Shown: one piece after another, positions 1 to 6,252 of the stretch
Position numbering within the stretch: position 1 is the stretch's first letter
Layout: every line of letters begins with the position of its first letter
Source of the DNA: Candidatus Odinarchaeota archaeon
GTDB lineage: Archaea; Asgardarchaeota; Odinarchaeia; Odinarchaeales; Odinarchaeaceae
Length of the DNA stretch: 6,932 nt
Direction: 5' to 3'
Assembly (NCBI GenBank): GCA_038826135.1
Contig: JAWBON010000060.1
Location: 1-6,932 of the forward strand
Made by a program: the position numbers and the translations under genes
The notes under the pieces: model-generated
Databases searched by the model: none
Told to the model about the DNA's origin: nothing
Seen by the model: the letters and a program-made list of their open reading frames with translations, nothing else

Positions 1-1380
1 GCTGTTAATGAATTTATCCAACTCTTCTTTCGACTCTGTCTCAGTGGGTTCAATCATAAGCGCCTCGCTTAAAATCAACGGGAAGTAATTAGTGGGTGCG
101 TGAACACCTAAGTCCAAGAGGTTTTTAGCTATATCTAATGCGGATACCCCGGTTTCTTTCAGTAAAGGTGAAGCGCTGAACACAACCTCGTGTTTCCTAG
201 GTGTTTGAGGAGAGTATTTAAGGGAGAGTCCTCTTGTTTTCTCTAGTTTAGCCTTGATATAGTTAGCGTTTAAAACAGATGCTTCAGCGGCTTCTTTTAA
301 ACCGTCAAAACCCATAGATAGAATATAACAGTACGCTCTCACTAAGACGCTTATGTTACCGTAAAATCCTTTTATCTTACCAATAGAGTACGGTAGATCA
401 TAGTTAAGATAATATTTCGATCCATCGTATTCCACCACCGGTACTGGTAGAAATTTCGTTAAACGCTCGCAGACTGCTACAGGACCAGCCCCCGGGCCTC
501 CGCCGCCGTGAGGTGTTGAAAACGTTTTATGAGTGTTTATGTGAATTATATCGAAACCCATATCTCCAGGTCTCACCTTCCCCAGTATCGGGTTAAGATT
601 AGCCCCATCATAATATAATAGAGCGCCGGCGTCATGCACTATTTTAGCAACCTCAACAATATTTTTCTCAAATAACCCTAGTGTATTAGGATTAGTGAGC
701 ATTAACCCTGCTGTTTTATCTGATACGCTGCTTTTCAAAGCTTCCATATCTATTAAACCGTTCTCATCTGATGGTAATACTACAACTTCGAAACCGCCCA
801 TTCGAGCGCTTGCAGGATTAGTTCCATGAGCTGAATCCGGTATAAGCATCTCACTTCTCTTATCTAGTTCACCGTTATATTTATGATATGCTCTTATTAA
901 CAGGGCTCCTAACAGCTCTCCGTGAGCTCCAGCAGCCGGCTGAAGTGAAACAGCAGCAGCCCCTGTTATTTCTGCAAGCCATTTTTGAAGAGTATATAAT
1001 ATTTCTAGTAATCCTTGCATTGTTTCAGAAGACTGGTATGGGTGAATATTAGTAAGCTCCATTAAACCTGTGATAGCTTCATTAATCCTAGGATTATATT
1101 TCATAGTGCAGCTGCCTAAGGGGTAAATGCCGCTGTCAACACCCCAGTTCATCTGGGATAAGCGCGTGTAGTGCCTGGTCACGTTCACCTCTGATACTTC
1201 CGGTAAACGCGGCGGCTTGCTGCGAATCATATTAGTCGGAATCAGCTTCTTATAGTCTCCCACCTCTCTTTCAACAGTTTCATCTAGTTCAGGCAGTCTA
1301 TATCCAACTCTGCCTTCCTCCGATAACTCGAAGATAAGCGGTTCACTCCACTTAGCTTGTCTATATGTTCTTCTATCCAT
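1..1380 (-). CDS. gcvPB: Glycine dehydrogenase (decarboxylating) subunit 2, glycine cleavage P protein beta; 3' end lies beyond the left edge of the window
   Basis: Not in the ORF track. My manual translation gives 460 open codons: MDRRTYRQAKWSEPLIFELS...RHYTRLSQMNWGVDSGIYPLGSCTMKYNP...QPAAGAHGE...PDSAHGTNPASA...LTNPNTLGLFE...YYDGANLN...HINTHKTFSTPHGGGGPGAGP (PLP lysine motif)...HAPTNYFPL...LMIEPTETESKEELDKF. Start is ATG 1380 or the in-frame ATG 1383, which overlaps the gcvPA stop as ATGA. Confidence 0.97.
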   Translation of the reverse strand, partial: MDRRTYRQAKWSEPLIFELSEEGRVGYRLPELDETVEREVGDYKKLIPTNMIRSKPPRLPEVSEVNVTRHYTRLSQMNWGVDSGIYPLGSCTMKYNPRINEAITGLMELTNIHPYQSSETMQGLLEILYTLQKWLAEITGAAAVSLQPAAGAHGELLGALLIRAYHKYNGELDKRSEMLIPDSAHGTNPASARMGGFEVVVLPSDENGLIDMEALKSSVSDKTAGLMLTNPNTLGLFEKNIVEVAKIVHDAGALLYYDGANLNPILGKVRPGDMGFDIIHINTHKTFSTPHGGGGPGAGPVAVCERLTKFLPVPVVEYDGSKYYLNYDLPYSIGKIKGFYGNISVLVRAYCYILSMGFDGLKEAAEASVLNANYIKAKLEKTRGLSLKYSPQTPRKHEVVFSASPLLKETGVSALDIAKNLLDLGVHAPTNYFPLILSEALMIEPTETESKEELDKFINS

Positions 1381-2798
1381 CATTTTTCAACCACCTCCCG
1401 GAGGCTGTTTACAAGAAAGTCAATATCCTCTTTCATATGCACTTCAGTGGTGCAGAGGAGAATTGTTTTACCCAGATCAGGATACTCTTCTTCCAAAGAT
1501 TTGCCGAAGATTAAACCTTTCTTTAACAGTTTTTTCTGAAGCCCTATGCATGAAATCTTCAACCGGTCAATGTTAACCGTGAACTCTTTAAAGTGAACAC
1601 TGTGAAAAACAGGGCATGAAAGCTCGCGGAAGCCTTGAAGCTTCTTTATTAAATACTGAGTATTATAGAAAATATTCTTGCTAAGTTTAATAATCCCATT
1701 TTTACCAAGCGCCGCCATATATATTGCAGCCGCTGCTGTTAGAAGACCCTCATTCGAGCAAATATTAGACGTGGCTTTCTCCCGTTTTATATGCTGTTCT
1801 CTAGATGTTAAAGTCATCACGTACCCTCTTTCACCACCTTCCAGGCTTGTAGTCATACCTATTAGGCGACCCGGCAGCTGGCGCACCATCTTCTTATCAT
1901 CTCTGCAACCGAATATTCCAAGCAGGGGGCCTCCGCAGTTTAACGGTGACCCGAAAGGTTGACCTTCACCTATAACTATATCAGCGCCGTAAGCGCCTGG
2001 AGGTTTAATTATACCAAGAGAGGTTGGATCAACCCCTACCACGAAAAGAGATTCATTATTCTTACATATCGTTGAGATCTCATCAACCTGGTCTTCTATA
2101 ACTCCAAGATAGCTCGGATTCTCAACATATACTGCGGATACATCACCGTTCATTTTAGATTTTAAATCGGATAAATCGATTTTACCAGTATCTGGAATAT
2201 ACTTAATCTTCTGAATTTCAATACCAGCACACTCAGTATATGAACGAAGTGTAGCATACCTGTCAGGGTGAATTATTTCAGGGATGAGAAACTTTTTCCT
2301 CTTATTTAATCGATTACACATCAACGCGGCTTCGCCTAAAGCTGAAGCCCAGTCGTACATAGATTCATTAACAACATCGATTTCTAAAAGCTCAGCCATC
2401 ATACTCTGATACTCGTAGAATGTTTGGAGAATTCCCTGTGATGCTTCCGCTTGATATCCCCGCCGCACCTGACGGTGAAGCGGCTATGGGGTGTAAGCGG
2501 TTAGGAATTCCCCACGGCTTAGCAGAGCAGGTATTATTGAAGGAATAAGATGAGGCCACACACCGGCGCCTACAAATATCTTAGAGTAGTCGACTGCTGT
2601 GTTTTTTCTGAGAAGCCGGATAGCTTCACGGTAAACTTCACTCTCCGACATTGATTCAGGCAGGTTCAGATCTCTTCTAAGAATAACACTGCTAGGTATA
2701 TCAGAGTACAGTTGATCTATTGACTTAACACCAATCTCATCCAGCATAGCCTTCTTCACCTTATCAGGAAAGTTCGGTAGATAAGGGTACTCTTTCAA
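1380..2798 (-). CDS. gcvPA: Glycine dehydrogenase (decarboxylating) subunit 1, P protein alpha; two exons, join(2798..2486, 2455..1380), 462 aa after splicing
   Basis: The two track ORFs (2484-2813 and 1380-2468) are in the same frame and encode consecutive parts of GcvPA (YPYLPN...FVGAGVW...RGEFLTAYTP | YQAEASQG...SMYDWASA...REQHIKREKATSNICSNE). Removing 30 nt restores YTPYQ. I prefer TTG 2798 as start (SD-like AGGTGA 5 nt upstream); GTG 2813 is the alternative. Confidence 0.93.
1391..1399 (-). promoter_or_regulatory. Shine-Dalgarno-like site for gcvPB inside the gcvPA 3' end
   Basis: GGGAGGTGG lies 7 nt upstream of ATG 1383 and 10 nt upstream of ATG 1380. Confidence 0.65.
2456..2485 (-). 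other. Candidate 30-nt bulge-helix-bulge intron in gcvPA mRNA
   Basis: mRNA reads ...CCGCUU-AC-A-CCCC-AU^A-GCCG-CUU-CACC-GUCA-GGUG-CGGC-GGGG-AU^A-U-C-AAGCGG... Central helix is CCCC(2491-2488)/GGGG(2461-2458), with two 3-nt AUA bulges on opposite strands and intron helix GCCG/CGGC. Cutting after nt 2 of each bulge joins CCA U + AU CAA, giving Pro-Tyr-Gln. Intron is 21/30 G+C. Confidence 0.88.
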
Positions 2799-2802
2799 AC
2801 AT

Positions 2803-2811
2803 CTCACCTTC
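2803..2811 (-). promoter_or_regulatory. Shine-Dalgarno-like site for gcvPA
   Basis: GAAGGTGAG precedes TTG 2798 (MKEYPYLPN). Confidence 0.55.
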
Positions 2812-2813
2812 AC

Positions 2814-2954
2814 ATCTAAGGGTTTTTATTTTAGCTATTAAACAAATTTAACTTAATAAGTTTTCACACAATCTTACACCGAAATTAAATATTTATATAT
2901 GTAGCTTTCAGATAATAAAAAACTAATATTTCACACTATAACCAGCTATGTAAG
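2814..2954. promoter_or_regulatory. AT-rich divergent promoter region (gcvP operon / ribophorin-like gene)
   Basis: Non-coding AT-rich gap between divergent genes. TATA-like TTTATATA at 2892-2899 (+) follows a purine-rich GAAATTAAA. TTTAATA- and TTATTAA-like elements occur on the minus strand at about 2836-2860. Exact boxes are uncertain. Confidence 0.5.
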
Positions 2955-4649
2955 ATGTCCGGGGTTTTATGTTTGAATAAAAAACTCGCTATACTCACGT
3001 TATTAGCTTTCATAGTTTTCATAACTGTACCTGTTAACTTATCCCAGCAAGCCTCTTACACACCGCAAGATTATCTTACAGTTTTAACCTTGAACCGCCA
3101 GATCAACGTGAACACATACGGTCAAATAATAATAAATGATACAATGTTAATAGCGAATAATGGAAGCACACAAACAAATTATATTATCATAGGCAATCAT
3201 GCTGATTTTAATGATTACTTGTATTATATATCAGGAGAATCCGACGGCACTAGTTTACAGGTTTCAGACAGATTCACTATTAACAGTAATATCTCTGGGT
3301 ACGCTCTCATACTACCGCAGGCTTTAACACCCACATCAACCGTTAAGATAACCGTTACCTTAGTCTACAGTAGCTTAATAATCTCTAAGGGAGTGGGACA
3401 GTACTCTTTAACTATCCCCCGCTACCCAATCCTCCCATATAATATAACCCAGCTATCTGCTAAAATCACTACTCCAGGTGCTAGAACAACCCCAACATAC
3501 TCCACCTACACAGCTTCAAACCTTACAGCTTACAATTATACAAGTCTTAAAATAGAATACACTTACAGTGGAACACCCTTAGCCGAATATAATCTATTCC
3601 AGAGAAGTTTAGAGGTTAACCCCTGGCTTGGTTTAAAAATAACAGATAAACATAATATTACAATATTAAACACCGGAGTCTCATCTGGAATAACCCAGCT
3701 TCCTGTAAACACTCTCCCGCATGCTCAAAGATTCAGAGTATATGATGATGCGGGGCGCCTCAGCTTCGATCAAAACGTTAATGAAAATATCACGGTAATA
3801 ACGGTGAAGTTCAGATACACGGTCTACAGCAATCAAAGCTATATATTCTATGTGGAATACTGGCTGCCTACTGAACTATACCGTGGAGCTGCGGCGGATA
3901 GTATTAGACTACAGACAAATCCACCCCAGTACACTACTAAACTATATTCATTGAATATAATACTCTCAGCTTCATCAACCATCACCAGTTATAACACTCC
4001 TTCAGGATACACTGTTCAAACCGGTTTTAACACACTCACTATTACAAGAGAGAACATAACAGCCTATAATACAGGAGCAGTCGAGTTCACTTATACACTA
4101 GGATTCACAGACTTAATAGGAAGACCCCTCCTTATCACTGCGATAACTGGAATATTATTAACCGCGTTCCTTTACTGGAAGATCAGAACAGGAAAAGAGA
4201 AAGACGCTGTAGAGGTTGAGAGAGAGAAACCTAAAGAGTTAATCAGCGAGTTCTGTAAACTCTACGAGGATAAAGCGGCTATAATTGAAAGACTTGACCG
4301 GTTAGAAGTAGACTACTTGAAAGGTAAGATTAGAAGATTAGACTATCAGAAGAGAAAGACTACATATATTAACGAGCTTGGCCGCCTTGACCGTGAATTA
4401 AAACCGTTAAAAGAGGAGTTAAGTAAAGCCGGCGCAGCTTATAGTAAAACAGTAAGCAGCTTAGAACGGCTTGAACTGGAGAGAGATAACACGCAAAGAC
4501 AATTAGAAGATTTAAGATACAGATACAGGGAGAAACGGATCACAACAGCCACCTACACTAAAATAAAAGAGGAGCTGGAGAAGAAAATAATGAAAATATC
4601 ACAGGACATAGATAAAAAGATAATCGGGTTAAGACAAGAAGCCTCGTAA
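2955..4649 (+). CDS. Ribophorin I (oligosaccharyltransferase subunit 1, RPN1/Ost1)-like type I membrane glycoprotein
   Basis: 564 aa. N-terminal hydrophobic signal, then a ~360-aa beta-rich S/T/Y-rich ectodomain with two similar module starts (TLNRQINVNTYG; FQRSLEVNPWLG, resembling RPN1 RVIEVSHWG) and a VKFRYTV segment resembling RPN1 RPRFPLFGG. One TM helix (LLITAITGILLTAFLYW) and a charged coiled-coil tail follow. 11 N-x-S/T sequons, all N-terminal to the TM. Family call is by recall, not by search. Alternative start TTG 2973. Confidence 0.75.
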   Translation: MSGVLCLNKKLAILTLLAFIVFITVPVNLSQQASYTPQDYLTVLTLNRQINVNTYGQIIINDTMLIANNGSTQTNYIIIGNHADFNDYLYYISGESDGTSLQVSDRFTINSNISGYALILPQALTPTSTVKITVTLVYSSLIISKGVGQYSLTIPRYPILPYNITQLSAKITTPGARTTPTYSTYTASNLTAYNYTSLKIEYTYSGTPLAEYNLFQRSLEVNPWLGLKITDKHNITILNTGVSSGITQLPVNTLPHAQRFRVYDDAGRLSFDQNVNENITVITVKFRYTVYSNQSYIFYVEYWLPTELYRGAAADSIRLQTNPPQYTTKLYSLNIILSASSTITSYNTPSGYTVQTGFNTLTITRENITAYNTGAVEFTYTLGFTDLIGRPLLITAITGILLTAFLYWKIRTGKEKDAVEVEREKPKELISEFCKLYEDKAAIIERLDRLEVDYLKGKIRRLDYQKRKTTYINELGRLDRELKPLKEELSKAGAAYSKTVSSLERLELERDNTQRQLEDLRYRYREKRITTATYTKIKEELEKKIMKISQDIDKKIIGLRQEAS

Positions 4650-4654
4650 ATAGT

Positions 4655-5845
4655 TCAGCCTGAGACACGTATATTATAGTTAGCCGCGATCTCCTTAAAA
4701 GATTCAGCTACATAGCGGATTTGATCCCATGTTAAACCGTAAACGTTAATCTTAAAATTCCTCGTAGCCCCTGGAAAAATCCCTGTAATATTCCGTCTAT
4801 CTAATTCATGGTAGAGGAAATACCCTTTTTTCTTATGCGCCTGCGCGATCTTATCAAAAGAGCCTGTCGTGTCAAGCTTCATAAGAGTGTGCATACGAGG
4901 CTTCTGGCCGAGAACCCGGTTGCCCTCAATCTTCTCAAATTCGCCTACAAAAAACCGGGCTTTTTTAACCTCTTCATCCCATCTCTTAACCCGCTCTTTC
5001 ACATAAGGGAAGCTTGCCATCATCGCAAGAAGCGGCGCGCCCATCACAGTGCATCCTAAAAGATGAGTCTCCTTAATACCGAAGCTGCGACCACTGACAT
5101 CCCCTTTCATACGCGTGGTTGAAAAAATTCTGGAAGCCCACTCCTCAGACATAGCTAAAACCCCTGTAGGCGCCGGTGAAGCCATACTCTTATGACCTGA
5201 CCCTACTATGAAATCAGCACCCAGTGTTTTACCGTCAACCGGCATAACACCAACCGTGTAAGCTCCATTATATAGAAAAGGCACCCCATACTCTTTAGCA
5301 ACTTTAATAAGCTCCTGTATCGGATGCATGTTCCCGAAAAGATAGTCAACATGACTTAAAATAACAAGTTTAGGCTGATCTTTACCTTTAACACGCCGAA
5401 TCTCCTCGATTTTACTAGCTAAAAACTCAGGTCTCATAACATAATTTTCATCAACATTAACCTCGGCCAGACTAGCACCAGCCTCCTCAACAGCTAGAAA
5501 AACAGTGTAATGTGATAAAACAGAGCCTACAGCAATATCCCCGGGTTTAAGAAGCGTTAAAGCTACAGCTTGAAAACCACGCCGAGCACCAGGCATAACA
5601 CGTGCAACATCCATATTAAGCCATTCAGCCAGCTCCTGGTAAAACTCTCCTATAGGAGGCTTACTAATCTTATCAAGCCTGAAAGGTTTAAGACATAAAT
5701 CACAAGTAGAGTAACCGTCCCCGTAAGAGATAAGCGCCTTCCTAGCCGCGCTGGTAAGCACACCCGCTCTTTGAATAGGATTCAAATTAATATAATCCTC
5801 CTCCACACGTCTAACATTATCAACCTCACATACATCCCAAGGCAT
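4655..5845 (-). CDS. pscS: O-phospho-L-seryl-tRNA:Cys-tRNA synthase (SepCysS)
   Basis: 396 aa with INLNPIQRAG, GDGYSTCDLC (CxxC), the PLP lysine motif VGSGHKSMASPAPTG, the third cysteine in LLGCT, and ASFPYVKERVKRWDEE. Confidence 0.95.
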   Translation of the reverse strand: MPWDVCEVDNVRRVEEDYINLNPIQRAGVLTSAARKALISYGDGYSTCDLCLKPFRLDKISKPPIGEFYQELAEWLNMDVARVMPGARRGFQAVALTLLKPGDIAVGSVLSHYTVFLAVEEAGASLAEVNVDENYVMRPEFLASKIEEIRRVKGKDQPKLVILSHVDYLFGNMHPIQELIKVAKEYGVPFLYNGAYTVGVMPVDGKTLGADFIVGSGHKSMASPAPTGVLAMSEEWASRIFSTTRMKGDVSGRSFGIKETHLLGCTVMGAPLLAMMASFPYVKERVKRWDEEVKKARFFVGEFEKIEGNRVLGQKPRMHTLMKLDTTGSFDKIAQAHKKKGYFLYHELDRRNITGIFPGATRNFKINVYGLTWDQIRYVAESFKEIAANYNIRVSG

Positions 5846-6022
5846 TCAAACCATCCCCTTCAATTCAACTATAATCTTCTCCAAATCGGATAAAATACGC
5901 TCCGCCTTACCCTTAACATCCCCTGTGAAAACGTGTTTAGGAGCTGTTTCACGTAAAAGCTCCCGAAAATCCTCTAATAAAAACAATGCCTTGAACACCA
6001 GCTCAGTTTTACCGTCACTCAA
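5846..6022 (-). CDS. Small SepCysE N-terminal-like / SepCysSN helix-turn-helix peptide upstream of pscS
   Basis: 58 aa from TTG 6022 (SD GAGGTGA at 6034-6028); the track gives 61 aa from GTG 6031. KALFLLEDFRELLRETAPKH...AERILSDLEKII resembles the helix-APKH-helix segment I recall from SepCysE. It abuts pscS directly. Confidence 0.72.
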   Translation of the reverse strand: MSDGKTELVFKALFLLEDFRELLRETAPKHVFTGDVKGKAERILSDLEKIIVELKGMV

Positions 6023-6027
6023 CAAAC

Positions 6028-6034
6028 TCACCTC
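6028..6034 (-). promoter_or_regulatory. Shine-Dalgarno-like site for the SepCysSN-like ORF
   Basis: GAGGTGA lies 5 nt upstream of TTG 6022. Confidence 0.6.
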
Positions 6035-6105
6035 TTAACAGGATACTAATATGTAGAGAACACAAAACCTTAAAAACTTAAATGTTAAAATCATTCCTAA
6101 CCTAC
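6035..6105. promoter_or_regulatory. Divergent promoter region (pscS operon / tRNA-Gln)
   Basis: AT-rich gap with AAAACC-TTAAAAA (6064-6076) and CTTAAAT (6077-6083), about 25-35 nt upstream of the tRNA. The same tract reads TTTTTAAG on the minus strand. Confidence 0.45.
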
Positions 6106-6143
6106 AGCCCGGTGGTGTAGCGGCCAAGCATAGAGGGCTTTGG

Positions 6144-6164
6144 AACACTTTAAAGTGTAAAGAA
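6144..6164 (+). other. tRNA intron 1, canonical 37/38 position, 21 nt
   Basis: Strict BHB: central helix CUUU(6138-6141)/AAAG(6159-6162), bulges GG^A and AA^A, intron hairpin ACACU/AGUGU, exon helix formed by the anticodon stem. Confidence 0.92.
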
Positions 6165-6174
6165 ACCCTTAGAC

Positions 6175-6195
6175 CCCTTATTAAAAAGGCTAAAA
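6175..6195 (+). other. tRNA intron 2, non-canonical position at the variable loop/T-stem junction (48/49), 21 nt
   Basis: BHB-like: central helix UUAG(6169-6172)/CUAA(6190-6193), bulges AC^C and AA^A, intron hairpin CCUU/AAGG, 2-bp exon helix CC/GG. Splicing yields CCCUU-AGAC-AGGAG-UUCGAAU. Confidence 0.85.
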
Positions 6196-6252
6196 AGGAG
6201 TTCGAATCTCCTCCGGGCTACCATCATATCTACGACAGGTAATGAAAACAGC

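Larger units (their letters stand above)
6106..6223 (+). tRNA. tRNA-Gln (anticodon UUG) with two introns and encoded CCA
   Basis: Acceptor stem AGCCCGG/CCGGGCT has the A1-U72 pair typical of archaeal tRNA-Gln. D arm GTGT-AGCGGCCAA-GCAT; anticodon stem GAGGG/CCCTT with anticodon TTG at 6140-6142; T arm AGGAG-TTCGAAT-CTCCT; discriminator A, then CCA. Removing 6144-6164 and 6175-6195 gives a standard 76-nt cloverleaf. Confidence 0.95.

Noticed and set aside
488-512. GC-rich patch in gcvPB as a second intron
   Set aside because: It encodes the conserved PHGGGGPGAGP motif. The frame is open with no extra residues across all 460 codons.
1357-1539. 60-aa plus-strand ORF
   Set aside because: Antisense shadow of the gcvPA/gcvPB junction with no recognisable motif.
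1586-1595. 10-nt match CTTTAAAGTG shared between gcvPA and tRNA intron 1 (6148-6157)
   Set aside because: Short AT-rich match that is expected by chance and is fully explained by coding sequence.
1678-1962. 94-aa plus-strand ORF
   Set aside because: Antisense shadow within conserved gcvPA.
2456-2486. Pyrrolysine or amber readthrough of the gcvPA UAG
   Set aside because: Readthrough would insert 10 residues (x-PLHRQVRRG) into the middle of the conserved YTPYQ motif. BHB excision explains both the stop and the extra 30 nt exactly.
1380-2813. gcvPA as a pseudogene or as two separate genes, the second starting at GTG 2468
   Set aside because: Both parts are otherwise intact and in frame, gcvPB is intact, GTG 2468 lies inside the insertion, and the predicted splice restores the full protein.
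4808-5059. 83-aa plus-strand ORF
   Set aside because: Antisense shadow within pscS.
5081-5116. Roughly 8-aa insertion in SepCysS (RMKGDVSGRSF) relative to the Methanocaldococcus-type sequence, as a stop-free intron
   Set aside because: I found no BHB geometry by eye, and I recall a similar GDVxGRxF loop in other SepCysS clades. An alignment would settle it.
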